Below are positions 1 through 8,623 of a stretch of 32,000 nucleotides of DNA, in pieces; position 1 is the first letter of the stretch, and every line of letters starts with the position of its first letter. Made by a program: the position numbers and the translations under genes. The DNA is from Horticoccus luteus. Lineage in GTDB: Bacteria > Verrucomicrobiota > Verrucomicrobiia > Opitutales > Opitutaceae. The stretch spans positions 2,040,001 through 2,072,000 of the forward strand of contig NZ_CP080507.1 in the NCBI RefSeq assembly GCF_019464535.1, read 5' to 3'. The notes beneath the pieces are model-generated. The model was not told the DNA's origin, searched no databases, and saw only the letters and a list, made by a program, of their open reading frames with translations.

Positions 1-1320
1 CTGCGCCAGCCGCCCGCCGATCTCGCCACGTGGTCAAACGACGGCTTGACCCTCCACGTCGTCGACCTCCCGGCCGCGCCCGCCCATCCACCGGTGCCGG
101 CCGAAGGCGCCGACGCCTCCAGCCTTTTCGTCGCCCCTTCCCACGTCGTCCGCGTGGAACTCAGCCGCCTCGACGAACTCATGCAACTCGCCGGCGAGCT
201 CGTGATTCAACGCTCCCGCCTTGAAGAACGTCTCAACCAGTTCAGCGGCGACCTCTCCGGCCTCAAGGAAGTCAACCAGACGATGACGCGCTCGCTGCGC
301 CGCTTGCGTCGCGCCCTCACGCGCGTGCGGCTCGTGCCCGTCGCCGAAATCTTTTCCCGCATGCCCTTCGTCGTGCGCGATCTCGCCCGCGAGAGCGGCG
401 TCCAGGTGCGTCTCGCGCTGGAGGGCCAGCAAACCGAAATCGACAAATATCTCGTCGAACGCCTGAAGGAGCCGCTCCTCCACCTCGTGCGCAACGCCTT
501 CAGCCACGGCGTCGAACTTCCCGCCGAGCGCATCGCCGCCGGCAAACCCGCCCAGGCCACGATCACGTTGCGCGCGACCACAGCCGGCGAATTCGTGGTC
601 CTCGAGATTCGCGATGATGGCCGCGGCATCGACTCCGCGCGCGTCGCCGACCGCGCTCGCGCGCTCGGTCTCGCGGTCCCCGCTGCGCTCGACGACGCCG
701 CTCTGCTTTCACTCCTTTGCACGCCCGGCTTTTCCACGCGGGAGGAGGCCGACCGCGCCTCCGGCCGCGGCGTGGGCATGGCCGTCGTCCACCAAACCGT
801 CCGCGAACTCGGAGGCACCCTTGCTTTCACCTCCACGCCCGGCGCGGGCACGTGTTTCGCGTTGCGGCTGCCGCTCACCCTTTCCATTGCGGAAACGTTC
901 GTCGTCTCGGTCGGCGAACAACTCTGTGCCGTGCCCCAGGGCTTCGTGGAAGAAGTGATCGAGGTCACGGAAACGGAGGTGCGCGCCATCCAGCAAGCCG
1001 AGGTTGTGCCGTATCGCGATGGCGTCCTGCCCATCGTGCGCCTGCGCGCGTTGTTCCGCGTGGCCAAATCTCCGCAGCCGCGACTCGCCGTGCTGGTGCT
1101 CAACTCCGAGCGGGGTTCCACCGGCCTGCTCGTCGATCGCGTGCACGCTCAACGCGAGGTCGTCGTCCGCCCCATGCACGATCCGCTCGTCCAAGTCCCC
1201 GGAATCGCCGGCGCCACCGAACTGGGCGACGGTCGTCCCGTCCTCATCCTCGACGTCGCCGCTCTCACGCAAGGCGCCGTCCGCCCGCGCCCCGCGGTCG
1301 CCGCCGCAACCGCCTCCTGA
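1..1320 (+). CDS. cheA: Chemotaxis histidine kinase CheA, C-terminal part (P3 dimerisation, P4 HATPase, P5 CheW-like); 5' end lies outside the window
   Basis: Frame 1 is open from nt 1, so the TTG at 46 in the ORF track is not the true start. Translation shows the P3 helix SRLDELMQLAGELVIQRSRL, N-box HLVRNAFSHGVE, G1 IRDDGRGID, G2 GRGVGMAVV and a CheW-like tail (GSTGLLVDRV ... GDGRPVLILDV). Stop at 1318-1320. Confidence 0.9.
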   Translation: MRQPPADLATWSNDGLTLHVVDLPAAPAHPPVPAEGADASSLFVAPSHVVRVELSRLDELMQLAGELVIQRSRLEERLNQFSGDLSGLKEVNQTMTRSLRRLRRALTRVRLVPVAEIFSRMPFVVRDLARESGVQVRLALEGQQTEIDKYLVERLKEPLLHLVRNAFSHGVELPAERIAAGKPAQATITLRATTAGEFVVLEIRDDGRGIDSARVADRARALGLAVPAALDDAALLSLLCTPGFSTREEADRASGRGVGMAVVHQTVRELGGTLAFTSTPGAGTCFALRLPLTLSIAETFVVSVGEQLCAVPQGFVEEVIEVTETEVRAIQQAEVVPYRDGVLPIVRLRALFRVAKSPQPRLAVLVLNSERGSTGLLVDRVHAQREVVVRPMHDPLVQVPGIAGATELGDGRPVLILDVAALTQGAVRPRPAVAAATAS

Positions 1321-1337
1321 ATTTCGCCGCTTCCGCC

Positions 1338-1811
1338 ATGAGCCTCACCGACGCCTATATTGTCTTCGAACTCGCCGGTTCCGCCTATGGGCTGCGCAGC
1401 GAGGATGTGCAGCACATCGACTTGCTGGAGCACATCACCCGCGTGCCCAACACCGCCCCCGCCGTCGACGGCGTTGTGTTTGCGCGAGGCGACGTCGTGC
1501 CCGCCATCGACCTGCGCACCCGTTTCGGCTTGCCGCGGCAGGCGCCCACGCCCGCCACCCGCTTGATTTTCCTGCGCACGCAACAGCGGGTCGTCGCCCT
1601 CATCGTCGATGCCGCCCGCGTTTTCCAACGCATCCCGCGCGAGGCCATCCGCCCGGTCGAGGACACGCTCCACGGCGTCGAGGGCAACTACGTGCGCGGC
1701 GTGGCCACGGTAAAGGGCCGGCTTGTCCTCCTGCTCGATGTCGCCGCCGTCCTGCGCGTCGACGAAATCGCCCTCCCGCCCGGCGCCGCCGCTTTGCAAC
1801 CCGCCCGCTGA
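1338..1811 (+). CDS. cheW: Chemotaxis coupling protein CheW
   Basis: ATG at 1338, 17 nt after the cheA stop; 157 aa. CheW-type sequence ([40 protein letters not shown]). The 717..1811 ORF in the track is an off-target upstream extension overlapping cheA. Confidence 0.9.
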   Translation: MSLTDAYIVFELAGSAYGLRSEDVQHIDLLEHITRVPNTAPAVDGVVFARGDVVPAIDLRTRFGLPRQAPTPATRLIFLRTQQRVVALIVDAARVFQRIPREAIRPVEDTLHGVEGNYVRGVATVKGRLVLLLDVAAVLRVDEIALPPGAAALQPAR

Positions 1812-1839
1812 GACCACTTCCGCTCAACCCACCGCTCCC

Positions 1840-3846
1840 ATGTCCAAATCCAAGAACGGCTCCGCCTCCTCCGCCCCTTCGTCCACCACCTCCGCGCCCA
1901 CGTCCGCCGACGAACGCGCGCTCCTGCCCGCCCGCGCTTCCGACGACGATGCGCAGCCAGTCGGTTCGCTCGATGCCGTTGTCGGCAGCGTCACCGCGAT
2001 GGTCGCTTCGCTCAAAAAAACCGCCGAGCAAGCCCAGTCCGTGGCCCGCTCCACCGACGACACCGTTTCCGGGATCAACGAACTCGCCGCCTCCATCGAG
2101 CAAGTCACCGCCAACACCACCGAAGTCGCGACCGCCGCCAGCCAGACCGCCGTCGCCATCAAGCAGATCGCCGCCGCCACCAAATCGGTCACCGTCACCG
2201 GACAGGAAATGGCGACGTCCGCGGAGGAGATGAGCACCACGATCGCCGAGGTCGCCTCTTCGGTGAAACGCATCACCGTCGATTCCGAGGAACTCTCCAC
2301 CAGCCTCAACGAAACCGGCTCCGCCATCGAGGAGATGAGCCGCTCCGTGCAAGGCGTCTCGCGCAACGCCGATGATCTCACCGCCGCCGCCGAGGAATCA
2401 CTCTCCTCGATGAACGAAATGGCCGCCTCCATCGAGGAGGTCGCCGCCATGTCCGAAAGCCTTTCCTCCTCCGTCGAGGAAACCTCCACCTCGATCGAGG
2501 AGATGGCGCGCTCCATCCAGACCGTCGCGCAAAACGGCGAACGCATCATCGAGTCCGCCAACACTGCCGCCACCAGCGCCACGCAGATGGACCGCTCCAG
2601 CCGCTCCGTCGCCGAAATCGTCCGCCGCACCCACGACATCACCCGCCGCGTCTCCCGCGATGCCGACGATGGCGGCCAGGCCATTCAGAAATCCATCGAG
2701 GGCATCGCCCGCGTCTCTCGCGTCATGACCAACTCCACCGCCGTCATGCGCGAGTTGAACAACAAGACCAACGAGATCACCGGCATCGTCGATACCATCA
2801 ACATCATCGCCGAACGCACCAATCTCCTCTCCCTCAACGCCTCCATCGAAGCCGCCCGCGCGGGCGACGCCGGCCGCGGCTTCGCCGTCGTCGCCGAGGA
2901 AATTCGCAACCTCGCCGACCGGTGCGCCAAAGCCACCGCCGACATCGCCCAAATCGTGCGCGGCCTCGAAAACGTCACCCGCGAAGCCACCGACACCGCG
3001 ACCGAAGGCACACGCGTGGCCGATGAATCCAACCGCCTCTCGGAATCAGGACTCGCCGGCCTTCAAAAAATCCTTGCCGGCATCAACGACACCACCGGCC
3101 TCGTCGGCGAAATCAGCCGCGCCTCCGAGGAGCAGCTCACCACCAGCCGCCACGTGATCGACGCCGTCGCGGCCACGACCACGCAAGCCCGCCAGATCGC
3201 GACCGCGACCGCCGAGCAAGCCAAAGCCGGCAGCGCCATCGTCCAAGCCACCGGCCAGATGCGCAAAGTCACCAAGGAAGTCGCCCAAGCCATGGGCGAA
3301 CACGGGCGCGCCGCACGCGAGGTCGTCAAAGCCGCGCAAAACACCAGCGCCATCGCCGTCCAGTTGCGCAAGGCCACCGCTGAACAAGCCAGTGGCGCCG
3401 CGCAGATTGTCGCCACCGTCGATGCCATGCGCAAAGGCGGGCAATCGACCACCCGCGCCATCGCCGAGCAAGCGACCGCCACCGAACAGGCCGGCAAAGA
3501 GGCCACTCGCCTCGCGAAGATGATCGTCTCCGTCGTCCGCGCCATGAACGAGCAGGCCGCCGGCACCAGCCAAATCACCAGCGCCGCCGAAAACCTGCGT
3601 CTCCAAACCGAACAGGCCGCCCGCGCCATGCAGGAACAGACCCGCGCGGTTCGTGACATGTCTACCAACTCCGCCGACGTCGCCCGTCAGATCAAACTCA
3701 TCACCGCCGCCAACCTCGAACACTCGCGTTCAGCCGACGCGCTCCTCGCGACCTTTTCCGCCATGCGTTCTTCCTCAGCCGCTTCCGCGCCCGCCGCTCC
3801 CTCGTCGGCCCGTGCGAAACCTCGCGTCCGCGGCGCGAAGTCGTGA
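1840..3846 (+). CDS. Soluble (no TM segment) methyl-accepting chemotaxis protein with an unusually long coiled-coil signalling hairpin
   Basis: First ATG after the cheW stop (MSKSKNGS...); 668 aa. Canonical MCP hairpin tip [37 protein letters not shown] at aa ~325-361. Heptad-periodic EEMxxSIxxV (N arm) and AEQxxGxxQI (C arm) motifs. No hydrophobic stretch long enough for a TM helix. Confidence 0.9.
   Translation: MSKSKNGSASSAPSSTTSAPTSADERALLPARASDDDAQPVGSLDAVVGSVTAMVASLKKTAEQAQSVARSTDDTVSGINELAASIEQVTANTTEVATAASQTAVAIKQIAAATKSVTVTGQEMATSAEEMSTTIAEVASSVKRITVDSEELSTSLNETGSAIEEMSRSVQGVSRNADDLTAAAEESLSSMNEMAASIEEVAAMSESLSSSVEETSTSIEEMARSIQTVAQNGERIIESANTAATSATQMDRSSRSVAEIVRRTHDITRRVSRDADDGGQAIQKSIEGIARVSRVMTNSTAVMRELNNKTNEITGIVDTINIIAERTNLLSLNASIEAARAGDAGRGFAVVAEEIRNLADRCAKATADIAQIVRGLENVTREATDTATEGTRVADESNRLSESGLAGLQKILAGINDTTGLVGEISRASEEQLTTSRHVIDAVAATTTQARQIATATAEQAKAGSAIVQATGQMRKVTKEVAQAMGEHGRAAREVVKAAQNTSAIAVQLRKATAEQASGAAQIVATVDAMRKGGQSTTRAIAEQATATEQAGKEATRLAKMIVSVVRAMNEQAAGTSQITSAAENLRLQTEQAARAMQEQTRAVRDMSTNSADVARQIKLITAANLEHSRSADALLATFSAMRSSSAASAPAAPSSARAKPRVRGAKS
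2071..2625 (+). repeat. Protein-level tandem heptad-register modules in the MCP N-arm ((N/E)E(L/M)xxS(I/V)xxV motif)
   Basis: The anchor Glu falls at aa 81, 130, 165, 193 and 221, with Q249 degenerate. Spacings are 49, 35, 28, 28 and 28 residues, all multiples of 7. Confidence 0.6.
3121..3723 (+). repeat. Seven tandem 28-residue (84-nt) modules in the MCP C-arm (AEQxxGxxQI motif)
   Basis: The anchor Gln falls at aa 432, 460, 516, 544, 572 and 600, with a degenerate copy ([11 protein letters not shown]) at 487-488. The spacing is strictly 28 residues. Confidence 0.65.
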
Positions 3847-4697
3847 ACCGCATGACCGCCTCCTCCGAGCCGCACCGCCTCTCTGCGTCCGACCCGGTCC
3901 CTTTGCTGCTGCGCGATCTCGTGCACGAACGCACGGGCGTTTACTTCGAGGCCGAGCGGCTCGGCACCATGTTGGAAAAACTGCAACCGCGTGTCCTCGC
4001 GCGCGGCTGTCCCTCGCTGCTCGAATACTACTACCAACTCCGCTACGATTCCGACAACCACGAGGAATGGCATCGCGTGCTGGATGCGTTCTCCGTGCCG
4101 GAAACTTATTTCTGGCGCGAGATCGACCAGATTCGCGCGCTCGTCGATCGCGTCGTGCCCGCGTGGTTTCAAACCACCACCGCGCCCCTGCGCATCTGGA
4201 GTGCGGCGTGTGCCACCGGCGAAGAGCCCTACACCCTGGCGATCGCGCTGCAGGAGGCCGGCTGGGGCGCGCATCCCATCGAGATAATTGCCAGCGATGC
4301 CAGCGAAGTCGTCCTCGCGCGCGCCCGCGCCGCCGTCTACCGCGAACGCTCGTTTCGCGCGCTCCCCCTCCCGTTGCGCGAACGCTACTTCCGCGCCGTC
4401 CCCGGCGGCTTCGAGCTCGCACCCGCCCTCGCCAGCCGCGTGCAATTCCACTGGTGCAACCTCGTCGCGCCTCCCGCCGCTTTCGCCTCCGCGCCCGTGA
4501 TTTTCTGCCGCAACGTCTTCATTTACTTCTCCCCCGCCGCGATCGCCCGCGTCGCCGCCGCGTTCGCCGCGCACATGCCGCCTGGCGGACATCTCTTCAT
4601 CGGTGCCTCCGAATCGTTGCTGAAAATCGCCCCTGATTTTGAGCTGACGGAAATCGATCGCGCATTCGTCTACCGCCGTCGCGCGGTCTCGCCATGA
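3843..4697 (+). CDS. cheR: Chemotaxis protein methyltransferase CheR
   Basis: GTG 3843 overlaps the MCP stop (GTGA); the alternative start is ATG 3852. CheR N-terminal helical domain plus SAM-methyltransferase core ([31 protein letters not shown]). Confidence 0.9.
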   Translation: MNRMTASSEPHRLSASDPVPLLLRDLVHERTGVYFEAERLGTMLEKLQPRVLARGCPSLLEYYYQLRYDSDNHEEWHRVLDAFSVPETYFWREIDQIRALVDRVVPAWFQTTTAPLRIWSAACATGEEPYTLAIALQEAGWGAHPIEIIASDASEVVLARARAAVYRERSFRALPLPLRERYFRAVPGGFELAPALASRVQFHWCNLVAPPAAFASAPVIFCRNVFIYFSPAAIARVAAAFAAHMPPGGHLFIGASESLLKIAPDFELTEIDRAFVYRRRAVSP

Positions 4698-5752
4698 GTG
4701 CTGCGCGCATTCGCGTGCTCGTCGTCGATGACTCCGCTTTCGTGCGCAAGGTCGTGCGCGAAATGCTGTCCAGCGCGCCGCATATTGAAGTCGTCGCGGT
4801 CGCCCGCGATGGCGAGGAAGCCCTCGAGCTCGTCGCGCGGCACCAGCCCGACGTCGTCACCTGCGATCTCCTCATGCCGCGCCTCGACGGACTTGGCTTT
4901 GTCCGCCGCCAGATGGCGCTGCGCCCGCTCCCGATCCTGATTTTGACCGCCGTGCCGCAGGATGCCACGCACGCCATCGATGCACTCGAGGCCGGGGCCG
5001 TGGATCTGGTCCTCAAACCCACGGCGCTCGCCACCGACGATCTGCGCGCCATTAGCCAGCAGCTCATTGAGCAGGTCTCCGCCGCCGCTGGCGCCCCCGT
5101 GGCGAAACTCCTTTCGGCTCGTGCTCTCGCGCCCGGTGCTGCCAGCGCCATCCCTTTCTCCTCTGCGCCGCCTCACGGGCCGCGCGTCGACGCGTTGGTG
5201 ATCGGCGTTTCCACGGGTGGTCCCCAGGCCCTGCGTCATCTCCTGCCCGCGTTCGCCGCCGATTTCCCCGTGCCGATCGCGATCGTGCTCCACATGCCGG
5301 TCGGCTACACCGCCCTCTTCGCCGAGAAACTGAATGAGATCTGCCCGCTTGAGGTGCGCGAGGCGAAGGAGGGCGATGTCATGCGCCCCGGCTTGGTGCT
5401 GCTCGCCGCCGCCGGCCGCCACCTCGTTTTGCGCCGCGCGCCGGATGGCTCCGTCAAAGCGCAACTCACCGTTTTCCCGGTGGAAAAGTTGCACCGTCCC
5501 TCCGTCGATGTGCTCTTCCGCTCCGCCGCCGAAGTCTACGGCCAACGCGTCCTGGCCGTCGTGATGACGGGCATGGGCGACGACGGCAAGGAGGGCTGCG
5601 GCTGGGTGAAAGCCCAAGGCGGTGTCGTCCTCACGGAGTCCGAAAAAAGTTGCATCATTTACGGCATGCCACGCTCGGTAGATGAAGCCGGCCTGAGCGA
5701 TGCCTCGGCTCCGCTCGACACCATGGCGCGAACTATTTACGAACGTTTATGA
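4694..5752 (+). CDS. cheB: Chemotaxis response regulator protein-glutamate methylesterase CheB
   Basis: ATG 4694 overlaps the cheR stop (ATGA). Receiver domain (VLVVDDS, VVTCDLLMPRLDG) plus methylesterase domain with GVSTGGPQAL, IVLHMP and MTGMGDDG contexts. Confidence 0.92.
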   Translation: MSAARIRVLVVDDSAFVRKVVREMLSSAPHIEVVAVARDGEEALELVARHQPDVVTCDLLMPRLDGLGFVRRQMALRPLPILILTAVPQDATHAIDALEAGAVDLVLKPTALATDDLRAISQQLIEQVSAAAGAPVAKLLSARALAPGAASAIPFSSAPPHGPRVDALVIGVSTGGPQALRHLLPAFAADFPVPIAIVLHMPVGYTALFAEKLNEICPLEVREAKEGDVMRPGLVLLAAAGRHLVLRRAPDGSVKAQLTVFPVEKLHRPSVDVLFRSAAEVYGQRVLAVVMTGMGDDGKEGCGWVKAQGGVVLTESEKSCIIYGMPRSVDEAGLSDASAPLDTMARTIYERL

Positions 5753-6120
5753 AAGCAAAAGTCCTGATCGTCGACGATTCCTCCCTCGCCCGTCGCACCA
5801 TGCGCCTGCTCTTGGAGGAGATGGGGCACACCGTCACGGAAGCCTCCGACGGCGTCCAAGCCCTCGAGCGCTACTCCCTCGAGGCCCCGGATCTCGTCGT
5901 GCTCGATATGGTCATGAGCGGCATGTATGGCCTCGAGGTGCTCGCCAAAATTCGCGAGCTCAACCCAACCGCCCGCGTCATCGTCGCGACCGCCGACATC
6001 CAGCGCTCCACCGCCGATGAAGTTCACGCCGCCGGCGCCACCGCCCTCATCAACAAGCCCATCAACCGCCAGGAACTCACCCGCGTGATCGGCTCGGCGC
6101 TGAACGGGAGCACCCCATGA
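5749..6120 (+). CDS. cheY: Single-domain CheY-like response regulator
   Basis: ATG 5749 overlaps the cheB stop (ATGA). 123 aa with receiver signature residues (LIVDDS, VVLDMVMSG, VIVATAD, INKP). Confidence 0.9.
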   Translation: MKAKVLIVDDSSLARRTMRLLLEEMGHTVTEASDGVQALERYSLEAPDLVVLDMVMSGMYGLEVLAKIRELNPTARVIVATADIQRSTADEVHAAGATALINKPINRQELTRVIGSALNGSTP

Positions 6121-6740
6121 ACCTCACCGTCGCCCAAACCGACGCCCTGACTGAGCTCATTAACATCGGCTACGGCCGGGCCGCCGGCGCACTTTCCGAG
6201 CTTACGGGCTACCGCATCACTCTCGAGGTCCCGCATGTCTCGATGCATGAGATCGCCGAAATCGCCCCGCTCCTCGGCGGCGTCATCGACGGCGAAGTGG
6301 CGAGCGTCAACCAGATGTTCTCTGGGCCGATTTCCGGCACGGCGATGCTTCTCCTCGACGAGCAATCCGCCCTCGTGCTCAGCCGCCTCCTCTCCGATGA
6401 AGGCACCCCGCCCGCGAGCAACCTCGACGCCGGCGCCCGCGAAATCATCACCGAGGTTGGCAACATCCTCCTTAACGCGTGCCTCGGCGTCTTCGGCAAC
6501 CTCCTGCACGTCCAGGTTTCCTTCGCTGTTCCGCGCGTGCAGGTCGAAAGCATCCCGCACGTCCTCGATTCCGTCCGCGTGGAAAGCGCCGAGCGCCTCC
6601 GCTACGGCCTCATGATTCACACCCGCTTCAGCCTCCGGGCCAGCAACGTCACCGGTTACTTGGTGATCATCCTCGGCATCACCTCGCTCGATCGTCTCCT
6701 GCGCGAGCTGGAAAACTGGGAGAACCGCCAGTCCGAATGA
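6117..6740 (+). CDS. cheC: CheC-family CheY-P phosphatase-like protein
   Basis: ATG 6117 overlaps the cheY stop (ATGA). Both CheC-family motifs (D/S/E)-x3-E-x2-N-x22-P are present with exact spacing: D9-E13-N16-P39 (DALTELIN...EVP) and E109-E113-N116-P139 (EIITEVGN...AVP). Confidence 0.85.
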   Translation: MNLTVAQTDALTELINIGYGRAAGALSELTGYRITLEVPHVSMHEIAEIAPLLGGVIDGEVASVNQMFSGPISGTAMLLLDEQSALVLSRLLSDEGTPPASNLDAGAREIITEVGNILLNACLGVFGNLLHVQVSFAVPRVQVESIPHVLDSVRVESAERLRYGLMIHTRFSLRASNVTGYLVIILGITSLDRLLRELENWENRQSE

Positions 6741-8563
6741 GCGCGGCGGATGAGTTGCCTCGGGCGGCCTCCGCCGCCTCTCACGACACCTTCAGCGCCC
6801 GCGACGCGATGCTCGCGTGGATGCAGGAAATCGCGCCCTACGGCATCTTCACGACCGACGCCGATCTCCGCCTCCGCAGTTGGAATCAATGGCTCGCCAC
6901 CCACAGCGGCCTCGCCGCCGAAAAAGTCATCGGCCGCCGCCTCGTCGACGTCTTTCCCGACATCGCCGAACGCAAACTCGAGGAGCATTTCCGCCGTGCC
7001 CTCTCCGGCGAAATCAGCGTCCTCTCGACCGCGCTGCACAAATATCTGCTGCGCCTCGCGAGTTCCACCCGCTCCGACGATGGCTCGCCGATGCTCCAGA
7101 CCGTGCGCATCGCGCCGCTCCCCGCCGGCGATGTGGTTGTGGGCACCATCACGCTGATCGAAGACGTCACCCAACGCGAACGCCAGGCCCTGCGCCTGCA
7201 ACGCCAACAGGAGCACGACCGACTCCTCTCTGCGACGCTCGCCGCGCTCCTGTCCTCCAGCCGCCCCCTCGACGACGTCGCCGCCCTCTTTCCCCGTCTC
7301 ACGCTGCCCCTCTCGCTCGAGGCATATTTCAACTACGTTTATCATCCGGACTCCGCCACGCTGCACCTCAACAACGCCGCCGGCCTCCCGCCGCGCCAGC
7401 GCGAGACGCTCGCCACTCTCCAGCTCGGCGAAGACATCTCCGGTCGCTCCGCCGCCGAGCGCCGCCCTCTCATCCTGCCGCGTTTGCAGGAAAACACCTC
7501 CGACTACACCGCCATTGCCCGCGGCATGGGCCTGCGCACTTTCTGCTGTTTTCCCCTCGTCATCGAAGACCGGCTTCTCGGCACCCTCGCCTTCGCCAGT
7601 TATACGCGCGACAGCCTGGCGCCCGACGAGATCGAATGCCTCTCCACCGTCGCCCAATACGTCGCCATCGCGATGGACCGCGCCCTTCGCGAGCAGGCCT
7701 TGCGCGACGCCCAGCGCAGCCTCAGCGAACACGCCGAAAGCCTCGAAGCCAAGGTCGCCGAGCGCACCGTGCGACTCCATGAAACGATCGCGCAGCTCGA
7801 AAGCTTTTCCTACAGCGTCGCTCACGACCTCCGCGCGCCCATCCGCGCCCTCGCCGGTTATTGCGACATCCTGCGCCACGACTTCGTGCTCCCCGCCGGC
7901 AGTCCGCAAATCGTCGATCGCCTCCAACGCGCCAGCTATCGCCTCGACGCCCTCACGCGCGACCTCCTCAAGTTCAGCAAAATCTCGCGCGAGGAAGTGA
8001 AGCTGGAAATCGTCGATGTCGCCGACCTCGTGCAGGATATTCTTCTGCTCACCCCCACGTTGCAGGACGGCGTGCTGGTCGTGAAACCACCGCTCGGCCG
8101 CGTGTGGGCGCAACGCTCCCTCCTGCAGCAGTGTCTCTCCAACCTCTTTGAAAACGCGGTGAAATTTGTGCCGCTCGGCGTGCGACCGCACATCATCCTT
8201 CGCGCCGAACGCCGCCTCGGAGCCACGCCTCCCGGCGCCCCCGCCCCCCGCGCGTTTCACTCCGCGGTGAACCGTCCCGATAGTGCGTCGCCCATCGCGG
8301 GCGCGCCTCCCGCGACGGCTCAATCCACCGCTCCGCGTCTGCGCCTCTGGATCGAGGATAACGGCATCGGCATCGCGCCCGAGGCCCATCAAAAAATCTT
8401 CGGCATCTTCGAACGCGTCGGCGGCCACGACCACATCGAGGGCACCGGCATCGGCCTGGCGATCGTGGCTCGCGCCACCCAACAAATGAGCGGCACCTGT
8501 GGCGTGGAGTCCACGCCCGGGCTCGGTAGTCGCTTCTGGCTCGAATTTCCCCCGGCCGAGTAG
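6737..8563 (+). CDS. Cytoplasmic PAS-GAF sensor histidine kinase (HisKA + HATPase_c, no receiver domain)
   Basis: ATG 6737 overlaps the cheC-like stop (ATGA). The track ORF from 6479 is an upstream extension. PAS-like N-terminus (IFTTDADLRLRSWNQW...GTITLIEDVTQRE) and a GAF-like middle (CCFPLVIEDRLLGTLAFASY). H-box SFSYSVAHDLRAPIRAL, N-box LSNLFENAVKF, G1 EDNGIGI, G2 GTGIGLAIV. Confidence 0.88.
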   Translation: MSAADELPRAASAASHDTFSARDAMLAWMQEIAPYGIFTTDADLRLRSWNQWLATHSGLAAEKVIGRRLVDVFPDIAERKLEEHFRRALSGEISVLSTALHKYLLRLASSTRSDDGSPMLQTVRIAPLPAGDVVVGTITLIEDVTQRERQALRLQRQQEHDRLLSATLAALLSSSRPLDDVAALFPRLTLPLSLEAYFNYVYHPDSATLHLNNAAGLPPRQRETLATLQLGEDISGRSAAERRPLILPRLQENTSDYTAIARGMGLRTFCCFPLVIEDRLLGTLAFASYTRDSLAPDEIECLSTVAQYVAIAMDRALREQALRDAQRSLSEHAESLEAKVAERTVRLHETIAQLESFSYSVAHDLRAPIRALAGYCDILRHDFVLPAGSPQIVDRLQRASYRLDALTRDLLKFSKISREEVKLEIVDVADLVQDILLLTPTLQDGVLVVKPPLGRVWAQRSLLQQCLSNLFENAVKFVPLGVRPHIILRAERRLGATPPGAPAPRAFHSAVNRPDSASPIAGAPPATAQSTAPRLRLWIEDNGIGIAPEAHQKIFGIFERVGGHDHIEGTGIGLAIVARATQQMSGTCGVESTPGLGSRFWLEFPPAE

Positions 8564-8568
8564 TCGGC

Positions 8569-8595
8569 CGGCAGGCGGAAAAAGTCCGCTCGCCG
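8569..8595. terminator. Candidate bidirectional hairpin between the convergent kinase and helicase genes
   Basis: GC-rich stem of about 10 bp (core GCGGA/TCCGC at 8575-8579/8585-8589, extended with one mismatch and one G-U pair) and a 5-nt A-rich loop. No flanking T-tract on either strand. Confidence 0.3.
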
Positions 8596-8623
8596 ACAGC
8601 GGCCGGCTGTGGCGAGGCGTCCC

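Noticed and set aside
46-48. TTG at 46 as the cheA start
   Set aside because: The frame is open back to nt 1. The sequence at that point is the P2-P3 linker, and the Hpt/P2 domains that must precede it are missing. The gene is therefore cut by the window edge.
717-2233. Overlapping + strand ORFs 717-1811 (upstream part) and 1004-2233, both Pro/Arg-rich
   Set aside because: These are off-frame readings across cheA, cheW and the MCP gene. Only the segment from ATG 1338 in the 717 frame (cheW) looks like a real protein.
6656-8485. 609-aa - strand ORF
   Set aside because: Antisense to the PAS-GAF histidine kinase, which has clear H/N/G1/G2 boxes. The translation has no recognisable domains and a biased Gly/Ala/Arg/Glu composition.
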